NCBI GenBank assembly: GCA_031409335.1
Contig: JANNWY010000012.1
Coordinates: forward strand, 1-64,000
DNA from: Chthoniobacteraceae bacterium
Lineage (GTDB): Bacteria > Verrucomicrobiota > Verrucomicrobiia > Chthoniobacterales > Chthoniobacteraceae
DNA: 64,000 nucleotides
Direction of reading: 5' to 3'
The position numbers and the translations under genes are program-made. The notes under the pieces are model-generated. The model made no database searches. It was not told the DNA's origin and was given only the letters and a program-made list of their open reading frames with translations. Of this stretch, positions 10,089 to 20,230 are shown piece by piece. The first letter of the stretch is position 1. The number at the start of each line of letters is the position of its first letter.

Positions 10089-11968
10089 ACCGATTCTCCG
10101 TCGATGTAGATGCGGTGCCACAGTTCGAAGTTCAGCAGCAGCCACAGTTGCTGATCCCATACATGTCTGCCCTCGATGTGCTCGCTCCAGAGGCGTTCGA
10201 CAAAGGCTGTGTTAAAATAGCCGCGCCGCTTCGTGCGATCGTCGAGTAGCACGTCGAAGGTGAACTCTTTCAGCTTCCCGCGAAACCATGGGTCGATGGG
10301 AACTGCGAACCCATGCTTGGGCTTGGTCAGCACACCGGGCGGAAGGAGATCCCGCACGGCCTCTTTGAAGACGTGCTTCATCGACCTGCCGCGGATCTTG
10401 AACTTTCCGGGAATCTGAAACGCCAGCTCCACCAGCCGGTGATCCAGCAGCGGCAGCCGTGCTTCCAGGCTGCAAGCCATCGTCGCTTTGTCTGCTTTCT
10501 CCATGTAGGTATCGGCAAGCCACGTCTTCACGTCCACGTACATCAGCCGGTTCAGATGATCGTTCGCGGTCGCGCCATTGAGATGGTTGTAGTAATGGGG
10601 AAAGCCCCACGCAGGGTCGTAATCCGGGCCGGGATTGTGCGCGCCGGCGGTCAGCAACTCGCGCTGCATTTCCGGGGTGAATGTGACAAGCCAGGAGGCA
10701 TAGCGTCGCGCCGGGTCGGTGATAGGCAGTGTCTCCAGCGTCCGTTTGATTCGGCGCATCCGCGGGAGTCGTTGCGCCATTGAGGGAAGCAGGTGCTTGG
10801 TCAGGACACCGGGCAGCTTCTGGTAGAGCGATGCAAAACGATCCGCGGAGTAGCGGCGGTACCCGCCGAAAAGCTCGTCGCCGCCATCGCCGGAAAGCAC
10901 GACCTTGACGTGTTCGCGCGCAAACTTGCTCAACAGGTAAAGCGGGAAGCTGGCAGCGTCGCCAAATGGCTCGTCGTAGTGATAGACAAGCGTGCGGAGG
11001 GTTTCGACCAGGTCGGCGTGTTCGACCTTCAGTTCGTGATGCTCCGTGCCGAGATGCTCCGCGACTGCGCGGGCGTCCGAGAGTTCGTTGTAGGCACCGC
11101 CGATGGTGAAACCCAGTGCGAACGTCTTCACTGGCCCTGTCGCGTGACGTTTCATCAGCGCGACGATCGCGCTGGAATCCACGCCACCACTTAGGAAGGC
11201 TCCGACAGGAACATCGGCGATCATCCGTCGCCGGACCGAGTCATCCGCGAGGGCAAGGATGCGCTCTGCATACTCATCTTCGCTTGCAGGCGGTTGGGGC
11301 TCGCTACCCACGTCCCAGTATTCGTGAATCGCGATCTTCCCATCGCGTGCCAGCAGGTAATGGCCGGGGAGAAGCTTGCGAATGTTTTGGTAGATCGTTT
11401 CTGGCGCGATAGCATGGCCAAAAGCGAGGAAGTTGGACAGGCCGCGCGGATTCAATTCCCGCGGAATCGCCGGGTCTTCCAGGATCGCCTTGATCTCGGA
11501 GGCGAAGACGAGGCGTTCGTTGTGGTGATAGTAATAAAGTGGCTTCTCGCCAATCCGGTCGCGAGCCAGGAACAGGCGGTTGTGGGTCTTGTCCCAGATT
11601 GCGATGGCAAACATGCCGTTGAATCGCTTCAGGCAGTCGGCGCCCCATTCTTCGTAGGCATGAAGGACGACCTCGGTGTCGCTGCGCGTGCGGAAGACGT
11701 GACCCTTGGCTTCGAGTTCGGGCCGGAGGTCGAGGAAATTGTACAGCTCACCGTTGAACACGATGCAGCACGTATTGTCCTCGTTCCAAATCGGCTGCTG
11801 TCCGCTTGAGAGGTCGATGATGCTTAGGCGGCGCATTCCGAGAAAGACGTTTTCGCCGACCCACGTCCCGCATTCATCGGGGCCGCGATGGAACAGCCGG
11901 TCCGTCGCCAGGCGGGCTCGCCGTTCGTCGATGGACCGTGGTCCGATTTCACCGTAAATGCCGCACAT
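10085..11968 (-). CDS. asnB: Asparagine synthase-type (class II) glutamine amidotransferase, probably a sugar amidotransferase
   Basis: MCGI N-terminus, RRLSIID, NGELYN, LSGGVDSS, SGDGGDELFGGY, EARLPLLD, KHGF. Confidence 0.93.
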   Translation of the reverse strand: MCGIYGEIGPRSIDERRARLATDRLFHRGPDECGTWVGENVFLGMRRLSIIDLSSGQQPIWNEDNTCCIVFNGELYNFLDLRPELEAKGHVFRTRSDTEVVLHAYEEWGADCLKRFNGMFAIAIWDKTHNRLFLARDRIGEKPLYYYHHNERLVFASEIKAILEDPAIPRELNPRGLSNFLAFGHAIAPETIYQNIRKLLPGHYLLARDGKIAIHEYWDVGSEPQPPASEDEYAERILALADDSVRRRMIADVPVGAFLSGGVDSSAIVALMKRHATGPVKTFALGFTIGGAYNELSDARAVAEHLGTEHHELKVEHADLVETLRTLVYHYDEPFGDAASFPLYLLSKFAREHVKVVLSGDGGDELFGGYRRYSADRFASLYQKLPGVLTKHLLPSMAQRLPRMRRIKRTLETLPITDPARRYASWLVTFTPEMQRELLTAGAHNPGPDYDPAWGFPHYYNHLNGATANDHLNRLMYVDVKTWLADTYMEKADKATMACSLEARLPLLDHRLVELAFQIPGKFKIRGRSMKHVFKEAVRDLLPPGVLTKPKHGFAVPIDPWFRGKLKEFTFDVLLDDRTKRRGYFNTAFVERLWSEHIEGRHVWDQQLWLLLNFELWHRIYIDGESV

Positions 11969-11974
11969 GGGTTG

Positions 11975-13882
11975 TTACTTGTTGATGTTGTAAATGCCGA
12001 ATTCCTCGCGGATGCCCGCAGTTAGGAAAGCCGGTCGATACTTCGCCACTTTGCGGATCAGGCCGAAAACCTCCCCGCTGAAAAGCCGGTTCAATAGGGT
12101 TCCGTTAATGTGCTGCCGGGTTTCAGGGGACATGTAGATATTGTCACCGTTTTCCATGCTGTAAACCGCCCCCGCAAAGGGTAGGGGAGCCAGGGAAGTG
12201 CCGGGCGGTGGCTCGTCGAAGCTATGATTGTAGTAATCCGGGTTCGCAAAGACGGTGTGAGTCAGCCCGAAGGCGACAATGAGCGAAGTCCCGCAGATGT
12301 GGTGAAAGTTCCTGACGTTGCACAACAGAAAGCTCCCGCCTTCGCGATACATGAAGCCCGTATTGAAAAACCAGCCATCGCTGTGTGGGTGATCGGACAC
12401 CCATGCGGCGAGGCGTGAACTGACGCAGTCATCCGCATCGACGATCATGGCATGTGTCGGTTCGTAGCGCGTCGCATAGTCGAGGCCAGTCCGAATCTTG
12501 CGGGCCTTGTCGGCGTTCTTGCGGGCAATGTCCCGGCTGAATCCGTATTCGTAGCCGCGCAAGGCAGGCTCGCCGGGATCTGGCACGGGTGGTGGAAAGT
12601 CCACTTCGAGATAGTCCACGTTTGGGTGGGTGAATCGGATTTCCGGCTTCTCGTTGCACACGACCACGACACGAAAACGCGGGGAAGTCTGCTGACAGAT
12701 GGAGCGAAGACAGCGCTCCAGCAGGCGGTTTGACAGAGGCCATGAGCGGGAAAGCTTCGCGCTCTTCACTGGCACAATGAAGACCAGCATGGAGGCCGCG
12801 GAGTTCGTCGTTTGCGCGTAGAGATCGTCGGTATCCTTCCACATGCGTTCGAGGGTAAAGCGCTGAAGGACTCTGCGGCGACCGGCTTCTCCCATGCGTG
12901 TGCGCAGCGTGCTGTCACTGAGCGTGTGGAAGGCGTTGGCGAGTTCCTGCGGTTTGCCGGGTTCGATCGTCAGGCCGGTTTCGCCCTCGGCGACTACTTC
13001 GGGAATGGCGCCGACGCGGGTGGCTGCGACTGCCACGCCAGCAGCCATCGCTTCGAGCAGGACGAGGCCCAATCCTTCGTAGAGCGAGGTGAGAGCGAGG
13101 ATGTCGAACTTAGCCATAACCACGGCGATGTCGTCGCGAAACCCAGCCCACTGCACGCGCGCCTGGATGCCGAGTTCGTCGGCGATGCGATGCAAAGCGC
13201 CCATGAGCGGACCCTCGCCGACAATGACCAGTCGCGCGTTCGCCGACACGGCGGCAAACAAGGCGAATCCGCGGAGCAGGGTGCCGATGTCTTTTTGCGG
13301 GACGAGTCTGCCGACGAAACCGATCACGAGTTCGTCGGGCGATTTGCGTTCCTGGTGGTTGAAGGGAGTGGCATCGATTCCGTAGTAGATGGTCCGGAGT
13401 TTTTCCGCTGGAATCCCGGACTCGGGACCGGCCATGAAGCGCTTCACGGCGTCCGAAATAGCGATGACCCATTCGGCCCTGCGCGCGACCCATCTGCACA
13501 GAACGCCCTGGCCTGGGCCGTTGTAGAACGGGGCTTCATTGTGCTTTGAAACGACCAGCGGCAGTGACGTTCTGGCAATGCCAATCAGCGCGAGTCTTGA
13601 ATAGAGTTCCGCCGGAGGCAGGTGTGCGTGGAGGAGATCGAAGCGCGCGCTTTTCAGCATACGGCGCAGCCCCATGAATGGCCTTGGGTCGCCGTAGAAT
13701 AGGAATCCGAGACGGTGAACTTTGGCACCGAGTTCCTCGAGGCGCGCTGTCCAGTAGCCGCTGCCGCGAAAGTAGGCCACCGTGACGTCCATGCCGGATG
13801 CGCACTGATGCCGCACTAACTCCACGAGATGACTCTCAGCGCCGCCGCGATTGAGCCCGGTGATGACGTGAAGCACTTTCAT
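11975..13882 (-). CDS. Fused GT4 glycosyltransferase + GT-A/GT2-like domain
   Basis: MKVLHVITGL.RGGAE...EGLGLVLLEAMA, then in frame MLVFIVPVKS...CLRSICQQT...MIVDADD. Confidence 0.85.
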   Translation of the reverse strand: MKVLHVITGLNRGGAESHLVELVRHQCASGMDVTVAYFRGSGYWTARLEELGAKVHRLGFLFYGDPRPFMGLRRMLKSARFDLLHAHLPPAELYSRLALIGIARTSLPLVVSKHNEAPFYNGPGQGVLCRWVARRAEWVIAISDAVKRFMAGPESGIPAEKLRTIYYGIDATPFNHQERKSPDELVIGFVGRLVPQKDIGTLLRGFALFAAVSANARLVIVGEGPLMGALHRIADELGIQARVQWAGFRDDIAVVMAKFDILALTSLYEGLGLVLLEAMAAGVAVAATRVGAIPEVVAEGETGLTIEPGKPQELANAFHTLSDSTLRTRMGEAGRRRVLQRFTLERMWKDTDDLYAQTTNSAASMLVFIVPVKSAKLSRSWPLSNRLLERCLRSICQQTSPRFRVVVVCNEKPEIRFTHPNVDYLEVDFPPPVPDPGEPALRGYEYGFSRDIARKNADKARKIRTGLDYATRYEPTHAMIVDADDCVSSRLAAWVSDHPHSDGWFFNTGFMYREGGSFLLCNVRNFHHICGTSLIVAFGLTHTVFANPDYYNHSFDEPPPGTSLAPLPFAGAVYSMENGDNIYMSPETRQHINGTLLNRLFSGEVFGLIRKVAKYRPAFLTAGIREEFGIYNINK

Positions 13883-15234
13883 ACGGTTACGAGTTGCGGC
13901 ACTCCGCGCGGTATCTGCCGAGGGTTGGTTTCTTCCGCCGACAGTTTTTGAATCGCGACGGCGATGCCGAGTGTGATCCACAAAAACCGGGCGACGAATG
14001 ACGAAGGGATCAGCCACACGGCGGCAAGGTTTCCAAAAATCTGCGCGAGCAGCCAGAGGAACGCACCAAGGTAGAAGGTGCTGAGAAAAGGATCGTCGGT
14101 GCGCTTTGCCACACCGAGCAGGACACGGGCGGTAAAGAATAGGAGCGCGGCGGTGGCAATGAAACCCAGCAACCCGCCATCCGTCAGGGTTTGGAAAAAT
14201 TGGTTGTTGGCGTTGGCGGTGCCACCGTCCTGATGGGAGAGGTTGAAGTAGTGTTCGCCGCCGTAGTGCGGGAGCGCATCCTGATAACCCATGTATCCGA
14301 CTCCAAGCAGCGGATTGTCGGCCAGCATGGCTCCGGCGAGTTTTGCATTGGCGAGGCGCTGTCCGCCGCTGGTCACGTAGCTGCCGGTGGTGAAGCGATC
14401 GAGCAGCGTTTTCGCGAATGGATTTGCCAGCACGGTGACGCCAATCAAGGCTGCCAGCGCGACGATGGGGATGAGCCAGAGCTGGCGCAGCGAGCGGGCG
14501 CGCACTTCCGGAAAGCGCAATCCGACCGCAAAGAAAAGCAGGGTGCTCACGCCTGCGGCAAAGATCGCACCGAAGCCCGCGGTGAGGACGATGCCGCCGA
14601 GGAAAGCGCCTGCGCCGATGACATTCGCGAAGCAAAGCGAAACCAGGTAGCCGAGCAGCAGGACGAAGCCGACGGAATCGCCGACCGGCCCGAAGTAACG
14701 CAATTCGCCGCGCTCGATGCCTTGTACTTCGCCGATGATGATGCCGTATCGCGCACCGAAAAAATTGACGAACTGAATCGCCGCCATGACGACGAGTGTG
14801 CCGATCAAAATCTTGATGCATTGCCGCGCCTGCGGCAGCGATTTGATCGCGCACGCGGTCACCGGGACAAGCGCGATTTCGGAGGCGAGCCGGGCTTCCG
14901 AGGTGAGGCAGCGCAGGAGATGGCCCTGTCCGAATTTCACCGCGGCGAAGAGGGTCGCGAGAAAATTGACCGCGAGGAAAACCATGACGGCGGCATAGAG
15001 CGGACGGTCGGCGGTGAGTTCCCGTTTCAATGCGACGCCGAACGCCCAGCGCAACAGGAGGGCCACGAAGACGAGGTCCACCGGAGTCACGTCCACCGGG
15101 CCGGCCTGGAAGATCGCGAGATTCGGCGCGAGCAGTGCGTACTGGCTCATCCAAAAGGCCGGCAGGATGGCGACGACGTAGCTGATCGGCAGCACCGAGC
15201 AGATCGCGGCGAGGATGCAGAAGAATTCGCTCAT
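13879..15234 (-). CDS. O-antigen ligase/Wzy polymerase family membrane protein
   Basis: About 12 hydrophobic segments and a Wzy_C-like loop SGGQR...NPLLGVG...ANNQFFQTLTDGGLLG. Confidence 0.8.
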   Translation of the reverse strand: MSEFFCILAAICSVLPISYVVAILPAFWMSQYALLAPNLAIFQAGPVDVTPVDLVFVALLLRWAFGVALKRELTADRPLYAAVMVFLAVNFLATLFAAVKFGQGHLLRCLTSEARLASEIALVPVTACAIKSLPQARQCIKILIGTLVVMAAIQFVNFFGARYGIIIGEVQGIERGELRYFGPVGDSVGFVLLLGYLVSLCFANVIGAGAFLGGIVLTAGFGAIFAAGVSTLLFFAVGLRFPEVRARSLRQLWLIPIVALAALIGVTVLANPFAKTLLDRFTTGSYVTSGGQRLANAKLAGAMLADNPLLGVGYMGYQDALPHYGGEHYFNLSHQDGGTANANNQFFQTLTDGGLLGFIATAALLFFTARVLLGVAKRTDDPFLSTFYLGAFLWLLAQIFGNLAAVWLIPSSFVARFLWITLGIAVAIQKLSAEETNPRQIPRGVPQLVTV

Positions 15235-16739
15235 GCGTTTTGCGGCAGCAGCCGGGTGAAGATTTTGAGCCGGCTGCCGATGATGCGGTGCGCGAGGCGC
15301 AGCGTGTCTTCGTCGCGGAAAATGAGCAGCCGCATTCCGAGATAAAAGATGGTGCTAAAGATGAGCAATTGCGCCGCGGCACTGGCGACGGCGGGCAGGG
15401 GAATCATCGTGCTCCAAAGATATGCGGCGGCGCAGGAAGCGAGGCCGATCGCGGCGGCTTGCAGCGGGATGCGGTATGGCTGCGCGGGGACGAGCTGGCG
15501 CAAAAGGATGAGATTGATCGCGGCGACCGCGCAGCGTGCGGCGCCGACTGCCATCAACAAAATCTCAACCGGCTGCCGCCACACCAGCGCGAGGGTGCCG
15601 AGCGTGACGACGACTTGCAGCACGTTCACTTTCACGAGCGCGCGGTAGCGGCCATTGCGCATGAGCGCGGGCGAGCAGCTCCCGCGAATCCAGTTTTCAA
15701 ACGCGGTGGGAACGAGCAGCAGCGCCGCGAGCCACGCCGCCGAGCGATAGTCGCCGCCATAGACGGACGGGACGAACCACGGCAGGAGCAGCAGCGCCGC
15801 GCCGACGCTGAAGCAGTAAAGCAGGCTGGAAAATTTCACCACGCGCCCGACCGCGAGCGCCTGCGCTTCCGGCGCATCGCTCGTGTGGCTGAGATAGGGC
15901 GCGACGAGATTTCCCATCGGCATCACGGTGAGGCCGACGATTTTCCCGACGAGATCCACCGCGAGCGTGAGGAAGGCGATGGTCGTCGCGGGATGATTTG
16001 GCGCGAGCAGCAGCAGCAGGACCGTGCCGCTGCCGAGCATCGCGCAGGCTTTGTCGAAAATCGTGAGCATGCCAAAACCCTGCGCGCGATTGACGAAGCG
16101 CGGTTCGAGCGGCGCGCGTTCGGCGCGGATCAAGCGCCAGAGCCGACGATGGACGAGCACGGCTTCCAGCGCGGAGAGCACGAACAATCCCGCGACGATG
16201 TGCGCGAGATTTCCGCCGGCGAGGGCGATGCCGGCCAGCGCGGCGGAGCGGGCGATTTGGAAACCTTGCTGAAGCAGCAGTGCCGTCCGCGTTTCAAACA
16301 GCGCGGTCAATCCGTAGTGCGCGAGCAGGCGGACGAGCGTGGCGGTGACGATGGCGGCGATGGCGGCGAAAATCCACGGCTGCGCATTGAGCCGGTCGAA
16401 TTGCGTGTGGCTCGCGTAGAGCGGGCCAAAGGCGATGAGGGTGATCGTGCAGAGCGCGGCGGCGAGCCAGCGACGGGTCTGCATCTTGCGGTAAAATGTG
16501 CCGCGCGCGTGCTGCCGCGCGGCGTCGGCGAGGTAGCGCGTGAGGCCGCTGTTCGCGCCGGCTTCGAAGACGAGCGTCGTGAGGCCGATGATCGCAATGA
16601 CCGCGCCGTATTCTGCGTAAAGCGTGGCGGGCATCGTGCGCACGAGCACGACCGATGCGGCGAAGGAAAGCAGCAGGCCGACGACGTTCAGCCACCAATT
16701 CGCGCGCAGCGCCGAGATGATTTTTTGCGATGTGATCAT
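15231..16739 (-). CDS. Wzx-like oligosaccharide flippase
   Basis: About 500 aa, 12-14 TM segments, 'YG..' MOP-like N-terminus; position in the glycan operon. Confidence 0.75.
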   Translation of the reverse strand: MITSQKIISALRANWWLNVVGLLLSFAASVVLVRTMPATLYAEYGAVIAIIGLTTLVFEAGANSGLTRYLADAARQHARGTFYRKMQTRRWLAAALCTITLIAFGPLYASHTQFDRLNAQPWIFAAIAAIVTATLVRLLAHYGLTALFETRTALLLQQGFQIARSAALAGIALAGGNLAHIVAGLFVLSALEAVLVHRRLWRLIRAERAPLEPRFVNRAQGFGMLTIFDKACAMLGSGTVLLLLLAPNHPATTIAFLTLAVDLVGKIVGLTVMPMGNLVAPYLSHTSDAPEAQALAVGRVVKFSSLLYCFSVGAALLLLPWFVPSVYGGDYRSAAWLAALLLVPTAFENWIRGSCSPALMRNGRYRALVKVNVLQVVVTLGTLALVWRQPVEILLMAVGAARCAVAAINLILLRQLVPAQPYRIPLQAAAIGLASCAAAYLWSTMIPLPAVASAAAQLLIFSTIFYLGMRLLIFRDEDTLRLAHRIIGSRLKIFTRLLPQNA

Positions 16740-18991
16740 GGCTGCGCGGCGATCGCGGGCATCGTGACTGGCGGATCGTGCGGAGGCGGGAGGAGTTCGC
16801 CGAGTTCGGCGAGGATGCGCTCGGCGAGTCGCGGCAGCGAGTGCAGGCGCTCGACTTGGGAGCGGAGGTAAAGGCCGATCATGGCGCGCTCGGCGGGAGT
16901 TTTTTCGAGCAGCGCGTTGAGCTTTGCGGCGAGATCCGCGGGATCGCCGCCGTGGAAAAGCAACGCGGCGTGGTGCTCGCCGAGGGTCTCGCGAAAATCG
17001 TCGTTCGCGACGAGGCAGGGCCGCCCGCAGCTCATCGCCTCCCACGCGACTTTGTCGCCAAAGCCCGCGGGAGTGAGATTCACATGCACCGCGCAGTGTT
17101 GATAGTGCGCGGGCAGCTCGGCGGGCGGCACTGGTTTGGCAAAGGTGACTTTCTCGTCGAGGCGCAGTTCGGTGATGAGCGCGCGCAGCTCCGCGGCGTA
17201 CACTTCGTCTTCCACGCCGACGACCGCGCCGAGGATGACGACGCGCACCGGACGCGACATCAGCGCAGTCGCGCGCAGCAGGGCGGCGTGATTTTTCACC
17301 CGCGAAATCCGACCGGCGCAGAGGATGAGCCCGTCTTCGGCAATCGATGGATCGGCGGCGGTGAAGCGCGTGGTGTCGATGCCCTGGCCGATGACGGAGA
17401 GTTTGTTTTTCCGGTACGGATAAGCGCCTGGCAGGCTGGTCACCATGCGGTTGGAGAAGAAGTGGCCGAGCTTCAGCGACGTGCTGAGTTGCGGATGCGC
17501 GAACCAGGTGATGAGCGGGATTCGCTTCATGCGCAGGACGGGGCCGGCCAGGACAGAAAAAATCTGGATCATGTGCGAGAAGCAGCCGTCGATGCGGCGC
17601 GAGCGCAGGATGCTAAATAGAATGCGGTAGAATTCAATCGCGCGGCGCGGTTCGGACCAGCCGTGTTCCGAGCCAACGGAATGGACGCGGACATTTGCCG
17701 GAACGTCGATCTCGCCCGCGCGCATCGTGATGACGTCGATCGACTCGACGCGCCGCGCGAGTTCGCGAATCCACTGCGTGGTGAAACCGAGCACGGGATG
17801 TTTCACATCGGTGACGAGATTGAAGAGGAGCAGTCGTTTTGGAAATGCCGCGGGCTGATCGACTCGCGCGACGCGCCGCCAGATCGCGGCTTGCGCGGGC
17901 GCGTTCGTGGCTGGGTCGAGCAGCGGGCGGATGTGTGCGCGGGCGGCGTTTCCCATGCGGCTGCGCAGTTCCGGCGATGCGATGAGCGACGCGAGTTTTT
18001 CGGCGAAGGCTTCGGTCGCGCGCACCGGGACGATGTATCCGGTGGTGCCGTCCACGATCGCTTCATCGGCGCCGCTGACGCCAGTGGTGACGATCGGCAG
18101 CGCGGCGGCGGCGGCTTCCATGAGGACGCGGGGGAAGCCTTCGAAGTCGGACGTGAGGACAAAAATATCGGCATCGGCGAATGCGCCAGCGATTTGTTCG
18201 CGGGTCATCTGGCCGCGAAATTTCACGATGTCCCGCCAGCCCTCGCGCGCGACCGTCGCTTGCAGTGAATCCGCGCCCGGGCCTTCGCCGACGAGTGTGA
18301 GTTCAAATGGCGACGCACCGCGCGCGCGGAGGATTTTCACGACTTCCATCAGCATCCCAAGATTCTTTTGCGCGGCGAAACGTCCGGCGAAAAGCAGCCG
18401 GGCGGGCGTGTGTGGTGCGCGTTCGATTTGGAGGAACGCTTCGAGATTCATCGGGACGACCGGCTTCACCGCAACGCGCTCGGGAGAGACTCCGGCGGCG
18501 ATCAGGCGGCGCGCGGTGAGCTGGCCATCGACCTGGATGCCGCGGCACTGGCGGATGATCCAGCGCGATACCGGCGCGAGCAGCCGATACGACCAATGGC
18601 TCGCGAGCCAGTGCGGGTCGTACACATTCGGGCCGTAAATGCAGACGTTGACCGGCAGGTGGAAGATTTTTCCGAGCACGACCGCGACCATGCCGGTGAT
18701 GAGCGGGTCCTGCGCCTGGATGAGGCTGATGCGGCGTTCGCGGAGGATTTTCGCGCCGATCCAAAACATCCGCCACAGGCTGTGCAGCGGGCCGATGCCA
18801 TCGGTCGGAATCGCCTCGACGTGCGGTGCGAGGTGGCGCGGTTTGAGGCCGTGGCGTTTGTAGGAATTGGCGACGACGATGTATTCGTCGAGGTGCGCCG
18901 CGTAGCCGATCATGCGCTGGAAATCCTCGGCGTTTTCGCCGTCCCAAAGACCGCGCGTGTAGCCAAATGAGAGCACCGAAATGCCTTTCAT
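16736..18991 (-). CDS. Tandem double GT4 glycosyltransferase
   Basis: Two GT-B signatures: EGFPRVLMEA and GFGDKVAWEAMSCG. Confidence 0.85.
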   Translation of the reverse strand: MKGISVLSFGYTRGLWDGENAEDFQRMIGYAAHLDEYIVVANSYKRHGLKPRHLAPHVEAIPTDGIGPLHSLWRMFWIGAKILRERRISLIQAQDPLITGMVAVVLGKIFHLPVNVCIYGPNVYDPHWLASHWSYRLLAPVSRWIIRQCRGIQVDGQLTARRLIAAGVSPERVAVKPVVPMNLEAFLQIERAPHTPARLLFAGRFAAQKNLGMLMEVVKILRARGASPFELTLVGEGPGADSLQATVAREGWRDIVKFRGQMTREQIAGAFADADIFVLTSDFEGFPRVLMEAAAAALPIVTTGVSGADEAIVDGTTGYIVPVRATEAFAEKLASLIASPELRSRMGNAARAHIRPLLDPATNAPAQAAIWRRVARVDQPAAFPKRLLLFNLVTDVKHPVLGFTTQWIRELARRVESIDVITMRAGEIDVPANVRVHSVGSEHGWSEPRRAIEFYRILFSILRSRRIDGCFSHMIQIFSVLAGPVLRMKRIPLITWFAHPQLSTSLKLGHFFSNRMVTSLPGAYPYRKNKLSVIGQGIDTTRFTAADPSIAEDGLILCAGRISRVKNHAALLRATALMSRPVRVVILGAVVGVEDEVYAAELRALITELRLDEKVTFAKPVPPAELPAHYQHCAVHVNLTPAGFGDKVAWEAMSCGRPCLVANDDFRETLGEHHAALLFHGGDPADLAAKLNALLEKTPAERAMIGLYLRSQVERLHSLPRLAERILAELGELLPPPHDPPVTMPAIAAQP

Positions 18992-20151
18992 CGCGTCACC
19001 TCCGGAGCGGGCGCGCGTGCGACAACGTCGCGAAATGTGGCGGCGGTGGCATCGACCATCGTCTCGAAATCGAAGTGCGCGGCAATGCGCGCGGCGGCTG
19101 TGGCAGCGAGTCTCTGTCCCAGCGCGGGCTCGTGCCAAAGTCGTCGGATCGCGCCCGCCAGCGCGGCGTCATCGCCGATCGGAATGAGCAGGCCGGTCAC
19201 GTCATTTTCCACGACCTCGCCAGTGCCGCCGGCATTGGTCGCGATGACGGGGAGGCCCGCGGCCATCGCTTCGAGGACGACGTGCGGCAGGCCTTCGTAA
19301 GTCGAATTCAGCACAAATGCATCCGCCTGGCGCATGGATTGGCGGGCTTGGGCGGCGGCGAGGAGCCCGGTGAAAACGACGCGATCCTGGACGCCTAGCG
19401 TGCTGGCGAGTGCGGCGAGTTCTTTTCGCAATGCACCATCGCCGACGATGACGAGGCGCGTGCCGGGGAGCTGTGGCAGGCAGCGCACGATGGCATCGAC
19501 GCCTTTCCACGGCACGAGGCGGCAGACGGTGAGCAGCGTGTGTCCCTCCCACTCGGGGAAGGGCGGCGGCGTGTCGGGCGATTCCGCGAGCGGTGGAGCG
19601 GCGTTGTAGATGACGCGGATTTTTTGCGGGTCCAAATTCCAGCCGGTCAAAATCCGGCGCAGATATTGGCTCGGCACGATGATCTGGCGCGCCCAGCGGA
19701 GCGGGAAGGTGCGGATGAAATCGAGGAGGCGAAGCGCGCGGGTTTTATGCGTGGTCTGATATTCATCGATCGTGCCGCGGAACCAGCCGCGCCCGACCGC
19801 GCGTTCCCACGCATAGTCGCCGACGATTTTGTGAACCACAGAACGGCCCGCGAGCATCGCCGCGATGGCGGACTCGGCGCCGAGGCCATTCACGAAGACG
19901 AGCGCGGTGACCCGGGCCTCGCGCCAGATCGTGAAGACCGTCTTGAGGATGCGCAGCGGCCAGAAGATCCCGCGGCGGATGCGAATTACCGTGAAGGCTC
20001 GCGCGGCATCATCGTGGTCGAGCCGGTCGCTGAGGCAGATCACTTTCACGGCGTGTCCGCGCGCGGTGAGCGCGGCGGCCATCCGCGGCACGTAGCTCGC
20101 CGGTCCGCCGTGATCGGGCGGGAAGATGCCGGTGACGAAAAGGATATTCAC
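18988..20151 (-). CDS. GT4 glycosyltransferase
   Basis: GTG start, NILFVTGIFPPDHGGPA, RLVPWKG, YEGLPHVVLEAMA. Confidence 0.9.
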   Translation of the reverse strand: MNILFVTGIFPPDHGGPASYVPRMAAALTARGHAVKVICLSDRLDHDDAARAFTVIRIRRGIFWPLRILKTVFTIWREARVTALVFVNGLGAESAIAAMLAGRSVVHKIVGDYAWERAVGRGWFRGTIDEYQTTHKTRALRLLDFIRTFPLRWARQIIVPSQYLRRILTGWNLDPQKIRVIYNAAPPLAESPDTPPPFPEWEGHTLLTVCRLVPWKGVDAIVRCLPQLPGTRLVIVGDGALRKELAALASTLGVQDRVVFTGLLAAAQARQSMRQADAFVLNSTYEGLPHVVLEAMAAGLPVIATNAGGTGEVVENDVTGLLIPIGDDAALAGAIRRLWHEPALGQRLAATAAARIAAHFDFETMVDATAATFRDVVARAPAPEVTR

Positions 20152-20230
20152 CGGCGAAAACCTCCGGCGATTTGCCAGGCGACGATCAGCGCCCCGCTGG
20201 CGGCGGGAATCCCCAAACGATGTCGCGATT

